DNA of 43,065 nucleotides from Candidatus Omnitrophota bacterium (lineage in GTDB: Bacteria > Omnitrophota > Gorgyraeia > Zapsychrales > Fredricksoniimonadaceae): positions 1 to 43,065 of the forward strand of contig JADFXW010000003.1 in the NCBI GenBank assembly GCA_015233375.1, read 5' to 3'. This document shows, piece after piece, positions 8,784-17,685 of the stretch. Position numbers and translations under genes: made by a program. How positions within the stretch are numbered: the first letter of the stretch is position 1; each line of letters opens with the position of its first letter. Under the pieces are notes generated by a model, which was not told where the DNA came from, ran no database searches, and saw only the letters and a program-made list of their open reading frames with translations.

Positions 8784-10112
8784 ATGTATTTCCTTTATGA
8801 TATTATTTTATTTATATATGCCCTGATTTATTTGCCCTATCTTTTATTGACCCAAAGGGCTTATCCTGGATTTGGGATGCGGTTTGGCTTATTTCCAGGG
8901 TCTATTCAATCACAGATAAAGAACAAGGCCAATATTTGGATTCATGCGGTCAGTGTGGGTGAGGTTTTGGCTTTAGATGGGTTTATTGACCGTTTAGAAA
9001 CAGATTATCCTTCTTATCAGATAATTTTAACAGTTACAACCAAGACAGGGCTGGCTTTGGCGCGTCAACGCCTTAAGGATAAGGCCTTGGTTGTGCCTTC
9101 TCCCATAGATTTTAGCTTTGTTACCCGATATTTTGTCTCGTTCATTTCCCCTAAATGCTATATCGCTGTGGAAACTGAAATTTGGCCTAACCTTTACAGA
9201 CAGTTATCCCGCAAAAATATCCCTATGGTAGTCATTAACGGCAGAATTTCAGATGCTTCTTTTGGGAGGTATAAGGCCGTTTCTTTTCTTTTAAAAAGAT
9301 GCCTCAATCAGGTGACTAACTGGTGCATGCAAAGCCAGAAAGACGCTCAAAGAATCATTGATTTAGGGGCTAATCCTGATAGGGTGCGCGTTTGTGGGAA
9401 TTTAAAATTTGAGGCTGTGTCTCGTGGAGGAGGAAATTCTTTAAAAGATTGCTTCGCTTCGCTCGCAATGACAGAAGACAATGGGCGTTTACCTCATTAT
9501 CTTTGGTGGGTGGCGGGAAGCACGCATCCTGGTGAAGAGGAAATCGTTCTTGATACCTATAATCAAATGATTAAAGATAATCCCCAATGGCGTTTAATGA
9601 TAGCACCGCGGCATATTGAACGTGTGCCACAGATTGTTGATTTGGTGGGGCGTTTTGGATTTAGGGCTGTTAGGTTTTCTTCATTAGAACTGGATTCCTG
9701 CTTGTCGCGAAATGACAAAAAGGAAAACGGGGATGACCATGACAAGATTAAAGAGATACTCATTATAGATACGATAGGGCAATTGCGGTCGTTGTATGCG
9801 CTCGCAGATTTGGTTTTTGTGGGAAAAAGCCTGTGCGGTTTTGGCGGGCAAAATGTGATTGAACCTGCATTTTATGGTAAGGCTATTGTCATTGGACCTC
9901 GTTATGAAAATTTTCGGGATATTGTGGATTGTTTTAAAGAAGCTGGCGCTATTGTTCAAGTCGAAGATGTCCCTGCTTTTAAAACAACGGTGTTCAATTT
10001 ATCACAAGATGTTTCAAAACGTGAACAATTAGGCAAGGCTGCCCAAGGTGTCATTACGGCTAATCAAGGGGCAGTTGGACGGTGTTTAGAGATAATAAAG
10101 AAAATTATGTAA
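8784..10112 (+). CDS. waaA: 3-deoxy-D-manno-octulosonic acid (Kdo) transferase
   Basis: IWIHAVSVGEV near the N-terminus, STHPGEEE, and a C-terminal GT-B half typical of WaaA/KdtA. Carries two in-frame repeat relics (see findings). Confidence 0.92.
   Translation: MYFLYDIILFIYALIYLPYLLLTQRAYPGFGMRFGLFPGSIQSQIKNKANIWIHAVSVGEVLALDGFIDRLETDYPSYQIILTVTTKTGLALARQRLKDKALVVPSPIDFSFVTRYFVSFISPKCYIAVETEIWPNLYRQLSRKNIPMVVINGRISDASFGRYKAVSFLLKRCLNQVTNWCMQSQKDAQRIIDLGANPDRVRVCGNLKFEAVSRGGGNSLKDCFASLAMTEDNGRLPHYLWWVAGSTHPGEEEIVLDTYNQMIKDNPQWRLMIAPRHIERVPQIVDLVGRFGFRAVRFSSLELDSCLSRNDKKENGDDHDKIKEILIIDTIGQLRSLYALADLVFVGKSLCGFGGQNVIEPAFYGKAIVIGPRYENFRDIVDCFKEAGAIVQVEDVPAFKTTVFNLSQDVSKREQLGKAAQGVITANQGAVGRCLEIIKKIM
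9444..9473 (+). repeat. Hairpin repeat family C copy inside the waaA coding sequence, in frame
   Basis: AAAGATTGCTTCGCTTCGCTCGCAATGACA, translated as KDCFASLAMT. Matches 42768-42797 at 26 of 30 positions by hand alignment. Confidence 0.75.
9690..9723 (+). repeat. Degenerate CTGGATTCC...AATGACA-type repeat relic inside waaA, in frame
   Basis: CTGGATTCCTGCTTGTCGCGAAATGACAAAAAGG, translated as LDSCLSRNDKK. It shares CTGGAT(T/C)CC and ATGACAAA ends with the intergenic hairpin at 34203-34234. Confidence 0.45.
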
Positions 10113-10137
10113 GGGCAGACACAAGGTCCGCCCCTAC
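10113..10137. repeat. Hairpin repeat family D copy (GGGCAGACACAAGGTCCGCCCCTAC)
   Basis: Intergenic between waaA and lpxK. Same core as GGGCCGACACAAGGTCGGCCTCTGC at 36278-36302 inside P3. Confidence 0.6.
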
Positions 10138-10154
10138 GATTAGTTGGGATATCA

Positions 10155-11267
10155 ATGAGTCAATTTATGCTTTCAATCATGCAAGGTCAACGGCGGGATA
10201 TTATTGCTTGTTTGGTGATTGCTTTGCTTATGCCCTTGACCTTGCTTTATGCTTTAGGCGTTTTTTGTCATCGTTTATTTTATCGTTTCAAGGGTGTTTA
10301 TAAAGCGCCTTTGCCTGTGATTAGTATTGGGAATATCACCGTTGGAGGCACGGGTAAAACGCCTTTGGTGGTGTGGGTGGCCCAGGTTTTAAAGGATAAA
10401 GGGCTGAAAAGTGTTGTTTTAACACGTGGGCATATGCCTCAAGAGGGTCAACTCAGTGATGAGGCGCTTATGATGACGGAACAATTGCCTGATGTGCCTG
10501 TTTTATCAGGGGCGGATCGCATCAAGAATATAAAAAATAATAGTTTGTCTAGCAACGTCTATATTTTAGATGATGGCTTTCAACATTGGAAAATCCAGAG
10601 GGATTTGAATATACTGCTGATAAATGCGGCTAATCCATTTGGTAATGGGCATTTATTGCCTGCAGGTATTTTACGAGAAGGGCTTGGGGCTTTAAAGAGG
10701 GCGGATGTTATTGTCTTGACAAAAACTGATCAGGCAGGGGATATCAAAGCTTTATATAATAAGATACATCAAATAAATCCTTCTGTCCTTGTTATTGAAA
10801 GCTGTTATCAACAACCGCAAATAGTGGATGTTTTTTCTAGGGAACTCGTAAAAAAACTCCCCCTAACCCCCTCTTTAAAAAAAGAGGGGGGATTTATAGG
10901 GAAATCCTCTTTTTCAAAAATAGGGAGAAAAGGGATTTCCTATGGTACTGTATTAGCTTTTTGCGCTATTGCAGACCCTGCTTCTTTTGAATTTCAGCTA
11001 AGAAAAGTCTTCATCGCTCATGATATACAGATATTCAACTTTATGGATCATCATGTTTATACCAAGGAAGATGTTTTAAAAATCACTGAATCAGCAAGAG
11101 ATAATAACATAGCAACACTCGTTACAACACATAAAGATGCTGTTAAACTGTATCAATTCAAGGATATTTTTAAAGGATTTCGTTTGGTGTATATCTCTGC
11201 TCCAATAGAAATAACTAAAGGGTCGCATGAATTTGTTCAAAAAATCAATTCAATTTGCAGCTATTAA
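10155..11267 (+). CDS. lpxK: Tetraacyldisaccharide 4'-kinase
   Basis: ISIGNITVGGTGKTP (P-loop), LTRGH and ILDDGFQH are LpxK hallmarks. Contains an in-frame family A repeat insertion of about 100 nt. Confidence 0.9.
   Translation: MSQFMLSIMQGQRRDIIACLVIALLMPLTLLYALGVFCHRLFYRFKGVYKAPLPVISIGNITVGGTGKTPLVVWVAQVLKDKGLKSVVLTRGHMPQEGQLSDEALMMTEQLPDVPVLSGADRIKNIKNNSLSSNVYILDDGFQHWKIQRDLNILLINAANPFGNGHLLPAGILREGLGALKRADVIVLTKTDQAGDIKALYNKIHQINPSVLVIESCYQQPQIVDVFSRELVKKLPLTPSLKKEGGFIGKSSFSKIGRKGISYGTVLAFCAIADPASFEFQLRKVFIAHDIQIFNFMDHHVYTKEDVLKITESARDNNIATLVTTHKDAVKLYQFKDIFKGFRLVYISAPIEITKGSHEFVQKINSICSY
10841..10940. repeat. Hairpin repeat family A, double-hairpin copy inserted in frame in lpxK
   Basis: AACTCCCCCTAACCCCCTCTTTAAAAAAAGAGGGGGG, then GGAAATCC-TCTTTTTCAAAAATAGGGAGAAAAG-GGATTTCC. 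Translated as ELVKKLPLTPSLKKEGGFIGKSSFSKIGRKGIS with no stop codon. Confidence 0.8.
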
Positions 11268-13194
11268 ATCGATAGCTAACCTTTTTAATTGTCTGCCCAT
11301 GGGGCTTAACCTTTGGATAGGAAGATGTATAGGGCATCTTGTTTATTTTTTCCTTTCTCGTAAAAGAAGGGTGGTGTATGCCAATTTAAAGACCGTGTTT
11401 TCCCAGACCCATTCTCCTTCACAAATCCGTCGAATGACCAAGGAGGTGTCGGTCAACTTCTTTCAAAGTATTATAGAGTTTTTATGTTTGCCCAAAATCA
11501 AACGTTTAGGGTTTGAAAAATTTGTGACACTGGAGGGAAAAGAAAATATTGAACAAGCGCTGTCCAAAGGCAAGGGAGTCATCTTTTTGGCGGTCCATTC
11601 CGGGAGTTGGGAATTGGCGAGTATCATAGGCAGCCTGACAAACAGCACCTATCATATAGTCGCCAATGAACAACCTAAAATGCAGTCATTAGCCAAGATG
11701 CTTGATGAATACCGGACCATTGTTGGGGCGCATGTGATAAAAGCAGGAAGTGCCACCAAAGAAATCATTCAAGCCCTCAAAGCCAATGAGATAGTTTCTT
11801 TGGTTTTGGATCAAGGGGGAAGAACAGGGATGGTTTTGCCATTTTTAGGTAAAACAGCGTCCCTGTCAACAGGGGCCATTCGCCTTGCTTTAAAATATGG
11901 ATGTGCTGTTTGTCCCGTATGGATTGAGCGGCAGAATAATCGCAGGCATTTATTGCGTGTTTTTCCTGCCATGGATATGAGCGTTTCAGGTGATTTAAAA
12001 AAAGATTTACGAGATAACATGCTCAAGGCCACAGCCTTTTTCGAGAAAACTTTAAGAGAAAAACCTTTAGAATATATGTGGTTTTATAAGGTCTTTAAGT
12101 ATTCGACAAATAAAAGGATTGTGATTATTGATGATGGAAGAACCGGCCATTTAAGGCAATCCCAATCTGTGAGCAGGCATTTAACTGAAATTTTACAGAA
12201 AAAAGGAATAACTGTTGAAGAGAATACGGTATTTTTTGAATGGCGAAATCTTTGGGCTGCGCATTTATTTTCATTTTATTCCTTTTTAGCGCAATATTAC
12301 CCCTTATTAAGAAATGAAGACAATTTAAAACTGTTTCTGAAAAATCAGTCTTACAATAATTTGATAAAACAGAAAGCTGATTTTATCATTTCTTGCGGAT
12401 TTCAAGGGGCAGGGATCAATTTTATACTGAGTCAAAATCATTTGGCCCAATCTATTGGCATATTAACGTCTGGATTATTATCAAAGGACCATTTTAAGGC
12501 GCTTGTATGGCCTGCTCATCGCAAACCCTTTGCCTCAAAATGCACCTGTATTATTAGACCTAAGGTGTCACCAAATTTGATAAACCCATCCTACTTAAAA
12601 GAACAGGGAGAGGGTCTTATCAAACATTATTCACATCTAAGAGGCAATATGCGCCTGAAATTTGGCGTTTTGATAGGTGGGCATGCCAAAGGGATTAAAT
12701 TAAATGAAAAAGCAATACACGAATTATTAAGCCAGATCAAACAAGCTGCAGAGCATTATAACGCGGACATATTATTAACCACATCGAGGAGAACACCCAA
12801 ACCCATTGAACAATTAATACTCAGGGAATTAAAAAATTTCCAACGCCTCGGTCTTTGCATCATTGCGAATCAACGCAATGTGCCTCAAGCCGTAGGCGGC
12901 ATCTTGTATTTATCAGACCTTGTCATTGTTTCAGGAGAAAGCATATCCATGGTTTCAGAAGCGCTCAGTTCTAAGAAAAGGACCATTGTTTTTCATCCAC
13001 AGGGAGAATATGGGGTGAAACCAGCTAATAAATATGAAGATTTTGTATTGAAATTAAATGATGAAGGGTATCTAATGATTAGCTCAGTGGGCAATATAAA
13101 AACAACCATCGCGCAATTATTGGGTCAAAAATTCAAGTTAAAATCTTTGGATGATGAAAACATTATTAAAGAAGGATTGGCGCGGATTATTTAA
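11227..13194 (+). CDS. Fusion of an LpxL/HtrB-type lipid A late acyltransferase with an ELM1/GtrOC1-like putative glycosyltransferase domain
   Basis: The N-terminal ~295 aa resemble lauroyl/myristoyl acyltransferases (RKRRVVYANLKTVF, AVHSGSWE, DQGGR). The C-terminal part starts IVIIDDGRTGHLRQSQSV, typical of the Mito_fiss_Elm1-type family. Overlaps the lpxK end by 41 nt. Confidence 0.75.
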   Translation: MNLFKKSIQFAAIKSIANLFNCLPMGLNLWIGRCIGHLVYFFLSRKRRVVYANLKTVFSQTHSPSQIRRMTKEVSVNFFQSIIEFLCLPKIKRLGFEKFVTLEGKENIEQALSKGKGVIFLAVHSGSWELASIIGSLTNSTYHIVANEQPKMQSLAKMLDEYRTIVGAHVIKAGSATKEIIQALKANEIVSLVLDQGGRTGMVLPFLGKTASLSTGAIRLALKYGCAVCPVWIERQNNRRHLLRVFPAMDMSVSGDLKKDLRDNMLKATAFFEKTLREKPLEYMWFYKVFKYSTNKRIVIIDDGRTGHLRQSQSVSRHLTEILQKKGITVEENTVFFEWRNLWAAHLFSFYSFLAQYYPLLRNEDNLKLFLKNQSYNNLIKQKADFIISCGFQGAGINFILSQNHLAQSIGILTSGLLSKDHFKALVWPAHRKPFASKCTCIIRPKVSPNLINPSYLKEQGEGLIKHYSHLRGNMRLKFGVLIGGHAKGIKLNEKAIHELLSQIKQAAEHYNADILLTTSRRTPKPIEQLILRELKNFQRLGLCIIANQRNVPQAVGGILYLSDLVIVSGESISMVSEALSSKKRTIVFHPQGEYGVKPANKYEDFVLKLNDEGYLMISSVGNIKTTIAQLLGQKFKLKSLDDENIIKEGLARII

Positions 13195-13199
13195 GTGAG

Positions 13200-13383
13200 G
13201 TTTATGGACACTTTAAAAAGTTTTTTCCGAAACGGGATATTTTCGCCGTCGTCTACGGTTTGCGATAATTGTTTTCTAAAGCATCCTTAGTATATTTGGA
13301 AAACAATTATCGCAAAGCCTTGACGACTTTTGGCGAAAAATCCCTTAATGTTTCGGAAAAAACTTTTTAAAGTGTCCATAAAC
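13200..13383. repeat. 184-nt long palindromic element, family B, copy 1
   Basis: GTTTATGGACACTTTAAAAAG...CTTTTTAAAGTGTCCATAAAC is a near-perfect inverted repeat across its whole length. The second copy is at 25000-25183. Confidence 0.95.
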
Positions 13384-13409
13384 ACGCATCGCGTGAATTT
13401 AAAAAACAT

Positions 13410-15497
13410 ATGAATATCTTGCAAATTTTACCAGAATTAAATGTTGGCGGTGTTGAGACAGGCACTGTTGATTTGGCTAAATTTTTAGTGTTGGGTGGGC
13501 ATCAGTCTATTGTTGTTTCCAATGGCGGGGCCATGGTTGCCCAGTTGCAATCAGAAGGATCTAAACATTACACCTTGCCTGTAAATAAAAAGAATTTATT
13601 TTCCATGATTCATTGCGTTGGGAAATTAGTCGACATTATTAAAAAAGAGAAGATTGATATTGTGCATGCCCGTTCCCGCGTGCCTGCATGGATCGCATTT
13701 TTCGCTTGCCGTCAAACGGAAGCCCATTTTGTGACAACCTGTCATGGTTATTATTCGACCCATTTATTTAGCCGGGTGATGGGGTGGGGAAAGCTTATTA
13801 TTGCTATCAGTGAAATTATAGGCCGTCACATGGTCCAGGATTTAAAGACCCCAGCCCAAAATATCAGGGTCATCCCAAGAAGTGTTGATATAGACAAGTT
13901 TAATCTCCCGCATAAGGCAAAAACAGATAAAAATTCTTTTACAGTGGTCATGATAGGGCGTATCACGCCCCTTAAAGGCCATCCTTATTTTTTAAAAGCC
14001 ATGGCTCGTGTGATCGCCTACTTGCCAGGGGTCAAGGTTAAGATTATAGGGGATGCTCCTGTTAAAAAACAAACTTATAAAGAAGAACTCCAGTTACTAA
14101 CAAAACGTTTAGGAATCAGTTCAAATGTAGAATTCATGGGAAATCGCCGCGATATCCCTGAACTGTTAAGCAAGGCTGATTGTTTGGTCCTTTCCACTAT
14201 AACGCAGGAAGCCTTTGGAAGGGTTATTATTGAAGCCCAGGCCGCGGGTGTCCCGGTTGTGGCAACAAAGGTGGGAGGGGTTGTTGAGATTATTGACCAT
14301 GAAAAAACAGGCCTTTTGGTTGAGCCAAAAGAAATTGACGCGATGGCCAATGCGGTATTGCGTATTTTAAAAGATCCCCAATTGAGCGCCAATCTTGTTA
14401 AAGAAGCAAAAAAGAAAATAGAGGAAAAATACACCCTGGCGCAAATGGCCCGTTCTACTATTGCTGTTTATGACCAGGTTATGAAGTCTACAAAAATATT
14501 AATTATCAAAATGACGGCTTTAGGTGACGTTATTTTATCTACCGCTGCCTTTAAAGCGATCCGCCATCAATTTCCTGATGCTCAAATTGTTTGTTTAACC
14601 TCACCGCTGGCAAGGCCTGTGGTAGATACTTGCCCCTTTATCAATGAAGTTGTTACCTGTGACCCTCAAGATAAAAGTTTTAAGTCTATATGCCAAAAGG
14701 CCCAAGAACTTCGTCATTATCATTTTGATAAGGTCATTGATTTACAAAACAACCGTATCAGTCATTGGCTAAGCTTTTTAGCATTTCCTAAGGAATCCTA
14801 TGGTTACCATAACGGGAAATTTTCTTTCCTTTTATCAAAGAAAATAAAAAATAATATTAAAAATATTTCTCCTGTGGAACATCAATTCAGGATTTTACAG
14901 ATGACGGGTATTCATTATGATCCAGCCTTCAGGCTTGAATTAAAGACCCATCCTAAAGATGATTTGTATATCGATAAACTCCTTGATAGTGAGTGGCTTG
15001 GGGGAGGACAGGTTTTTGTGGGGATGAACATCAGTGCCTCAAACCTTTGGCCTTCAAAAAATTGGCCTTTGGAATATATGGCTAAACTTTGTGATATTTT
15101 AGGCCAAAAAAATGTTCGGGTCATTCTAACAGGAGAAAGTAAGGACAGCGTTTTGGGCAGAAAATTGTTGAGTATGGCCAAAGCAAAACCCGCTAATTTC
15201 ATTGGCAAAACCAATATTATGCAGTTGGCGGTACTCATCAAACGTTGTAAAGTCTTTATTTCACAAGATTCTGCGCCCTTGCATGTGGCGGCAAGTCAGC
15301 ATGTCCCTGTACTTGCTCTTTTTGGGCCTACAGATCCCAAACGGCACATGCCGCCAGTGGATAACAGCGCTATATTACATAGGTCTTTAAAGTGCGCGCC
15401 TTGCTATTCAGGTATTTGTAAAATCAATACGTATGCCTGCATGAAGGAAATATTACCTGAAGAGGTGGCTCAAAAGATTATGCAGTTGATTAAATAA
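13410..15497 (+). CDS. Fusion of a GT4 glycosyltransferase (N-terminal) with a GT9 heptosyltransferase-like domain (C-terminal)
   Basis: N-terminal half has MNILQILPELNVGGVETG, a STITQEAFGRVIIEAQAAG motif and EKTGLLV (GT4 E-x7-E type). C-terminal half has KILIIKMTALGDVILSTAAFKAI and ISQDSAPLHVAA (GT9). Confidence 0.85.
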   Translation: MNILQILPELNVGGVETGTVDLAKFLVLGGHQSIVVSNGGAMVAQLQSEGSKHYTLPVNKKNLFSMIHCVGKLVDIIKKEKIDIVHARSRVPAWIAFFACRQTEAHFVTTCHGYYSTHLFSRVMGWGKLIIAISEIIGRHMVQDLKTPAQNIRVIPRSVDIDKFNLPHKAKTDKNSFTVVMIGRITPLKGHPYFLKAMARVIAYLPGVKVKIIGDAPVKKQTYKEELQLLTKRLGISSNVEFMGNRRDIPELLSKADCLVLSTITQEAFGRVIIEAQAAGVPVVATKVGGVVEIIDHEKTGLLVEPKEIDAMANAVLRILKDPQLSANLVKEAKKKIEEKYTLAQMARSTIAVYDQVMKSTKILIIKMTALGDVILSTAAFKAIRHQFPDAQIVCLTSPLARPVVDTCPFINEVVTCDPQDKSFKSICQKAQELRHYHFDKVIDLQNNRISHWLSFLAFPKESYGYHNGKFSFLLSKKIKNNIKNISPVEHQFRILQMTGIHYDPAFRLELKTHPKDDLYIDKLLDSEWLGGGQVFVGMNISASNLWPSKNWPLEYMAKLCDILGQKNVRVILTGESKDSVLGRKLLSMAKAKPANFIGKTNIMQLAVLIKRCKVFISQDSAPLHVAASQHVPVLALFGPTDPKRHMPPVDNSAILHRSLKCAPCYSGICKINTYACMKEILPEEVAQKIMQLIK

Positions 15498-15596
15498 AAG
15501 GAACTCCCCCTAAACCCCCTCTTTAAACGCTTCGCAAAGAGGGGGAACGTGCCGTGGAAACTGCATGGCTCCCTCTTCAAAAAAAAGAGGGGGAAT
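15498..15596. repeat. Hairpin repeat family A, double-hairpin copy; the second hairpin contains the SD of the next gene
   Basis: GGAACTCCCCCTAAACCCCCTCTTTAAACGCTTCGCAAAGAGGGGG, then CTCCCTCTTCAAAAAAAAGAGGGGGAATAT, ending 7 nt before the ATG at 15603. Confidence 0.85.
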
Positions 15597-15602
15597 ATAG
15601 AG

Positions 15603-16700
15603 ATGAATATATTATTTCTAACAACACATCTGAACACCGGAGGCATTACCAGTTACCTTTTGACCTTGGGAGAAGATCTGGTCAAAGCGGGGCACCAGGT
15701 TTTTATTGTTTCCAGTGGCGGGGATTGTGAAGAAGGTTTTCTTCAGGCGGGGATGCACCATACCACTATTGATATACGGACCAAATCAGAAGCTTCATTA
15801 AAACTATGGTTAAATGCAGGTAAGATTCAAAATTTAATCCGTAAAGAAAATATCCATATCATTCATGCCCAAACGCGGGTGACCCAGGTGCTTGGGGCTT
15901 TTTTAAGTCAAATAACAGGTGTTAAAATGGTCACCACCTGCCATGGTTTTTTTAAGCCCCGTTGGTTTCGAAAGACATTCCCTTGCTGGGGACAAGGGGT
16001 CATTGCTATCAGTAAACCCGTCTATAATCATTTAAGAGGTGACTTCGGCATCTTGCCGGATCAAATACATCTTATCGCTAATGGTATTGATTTATCTCGT
16101 TTTTCTATGACTAAACCAGATCAAAAACGCCAATTAAGGCAAAAATGGCAGATGGATGATGCGCCTTTAATTGGTATCATCGCAAGGCTCTCTGACGTTA
16201 AAGGGATTGATGTTTTGCTAAAAGGCATGCCGCTTATTTTAAAAGTAATTCCTAAAGCCATGCTTATTATTGCCGGAGAAGGGCCTGATGAAGAGTATTT
16301 GCAAAGAATAACCCGAGATTTATTACTGGAAGATCATGTCCGCTTTATGCCAACAATCAATAAGACCCATGAATTATTAGGGGCCTTTGATGTGTTTGCC
16401 ATGCCCTCGATTATGGAAGGGCTTGGGCTTTCTGTGATTGAGGCTCAGGCGTGTGGGATTCCAGTCGTCGCTTCAAAAGTGGGAGGCTTGATTGATTTGA
16501 TTGAAGATGGGATAAACGGGTATTTGGTCCCAGTTAATGATCCTGAGGCGCTCGCAGGACGTATTATTGATGTTTTAAATACGCCTCAAAAAGCGCAATT
16601 AATGGCAGAAGCGGCCAGAGACGGGGTGGAACAAAATTTTTCAGCCCAACGCATGACTAAAGAAACGATTAAGGTTTATGAAAAATATTCTCGTTGTTAA
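15603..16700 (+). CDS. GT4-family glycosyltransferase
   Basis: MNILFLTTHLNTGGITSY, PSIMEGLGLSVIEAQACGIPVVASKVGG and DGINGYLV. The ATG at 15603 with GAGGGGG upstream is preferred over the GTG at 15549, which lies in the repeat. Confidence 0.85.
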   Translation: MNILFLTTHLNTGGITSYLLTLGEDLVKAGHQVFIVSSGGDCEEGFLQAGMHHTTIDIRTKSEASLKLWLNAGKIQNLIRKENIHIIHAQTRVTQVLGAFLSQITGVKMVTTCHGFFKPRWFRKTFPCWGQGVIAISKPVYNHLRGDFGILPDQIHLIANGIDLSRFSMTKPDQKRQLRQKWQMDDAPLIGIIARLSDVKGIDVLLKGMPLILKVIPKAMLIIAGEGPDEEYLQRITRDLLLEDHVRFMPTINKTHELLGAFDVFAMPSIMEGLGLSVIEAQACGIPVVASKVGGLIDLIEDGINGYLVPVNDPEALAGRIIDVLNTPQKAQLMAEAARDGVEQNFSAQRMTKETIKVYEKYSRC

Positions 16701-17685
16701 TGTTAACTGGCTGGGAGACGCGGTTTTTTCAACACCGGTTTTTCGCGCTCTTCAAGAAAACTATCCGCAAGCACGCTTGACCTGTTTATGTGTGCCAAGG
16801 GTCAAAGAGGTATTAGAACATTGTCCTTTTATTGATAACATGATGGTGTATGACGAAAAGGGAAAGGACCGTTTTTTGGGGCGGAAATTAAATTTGATTC
16901 AAAAACTAAGGAATGAGAAGTTTGATGCCGGTTTTTTGCTTCACCGATCTATGACAAGGGCCTTGATGGTTTATTTAGCAGGTATTCCTTTGAGGATTGG
17001 TTATAGTAAATCTAAAGGCCTGTTAACTCATCCTATAGCGATGAACGCAGAAGATATTCATCGTTCTGATTACTATTTAAAAATAGTAGAAGATTATGGG
17101 TTAAAAGTTCTTGATCGTTCTTGTGAATTAAAGGTCAAGCCTGATGATCTGACACTCCTCACAGATAAACTAAAAAATGCGGGTATGTCTTCTAATGGAA
17201 ATTACATCGTGCTTAATACGGGCGCGAATTGGGATCTCAAGCGTTGGCCAAATGAATTGTTTGCTTTATTAGCCAAAAGAGTTTCTCAAGAATATGGCCT
17301 CACCATTATTTTTCCCGGCGCCCCTAAAGATAAAGAAAATTGCCAGAAAATTATCCAGGAAGCAGGTATAAAGGCCATTAATCTTGCAGGACAAACCTCT
17401 TTAGGGGAATCACTCGCGCTTTATCAAAAAGCTTTGGTCGTTGTTTCAGGGGATTCCGGGCCGTTACATTTGGCCAATAGTGTTGGTTCTCCTGCGATTG
17501 GAATTTTTGGGCCCACCAGGCCTGAAATAACAGGGCCTAGAGGAAAAGCCAAAGCCGCCATTTTATTTAAAGATGTTAGCTGCAATAAAGCCCCTTGTTA
17601 TCACTTAACATGTTCTAATAATGTTTGTATGCAATCAGTGACGGTGGATGATGTGTGCCAAGCCATTAAAAAATTCATCACTTAA
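16678..17685 (+). CDS. GT9 heptosyltransferase-like LPS core glycosyltransferase
   Basis: ILVVNVNWLGDAVFSTPVFRAL, NTGANWDLKRWP and VSGDSGPLHLANSVG. Overlaps the upstream gene by 23 nt. Confidence 0.85.
   Translation: MKNILVVNVNWLGDAVFSTPVFRALQENYPQARLTCLCVPRVKEVLEHCPFIDNMMVYDEKGKDRFLGRKLNLIQKLRNEKFDAGFLLHRSMTRALMVYLAGIPLRIGYSKSKGLLTHPIAMNAEDIHRSDYYLKIVEDYGLKVLDRSCELKVKPDDLTLLTDKLKNAGMSSNGNYIVLNTGANWDLKRWPNELFALLAKRVSQEYGLTIIFPGAPKDKENCQKIIQEAGIKAINLAGQTSLGESLALYQKALVVVSGDSGPLHLANSVGSPAIGIFGPTRPEITGPRGKAKAAILFKDVSCNKAPCYHLTCSNNVCMQSVTVDDVCQAIKKFIT

Noticed and set aside
10082-10303. 73-aa ORF spanning the waaA-lpxK junction
   Set aside because: It starts inside waaA, reads through the family D hairpin and overlaps the well-supported lpxK frame, so it is most likely spurious.
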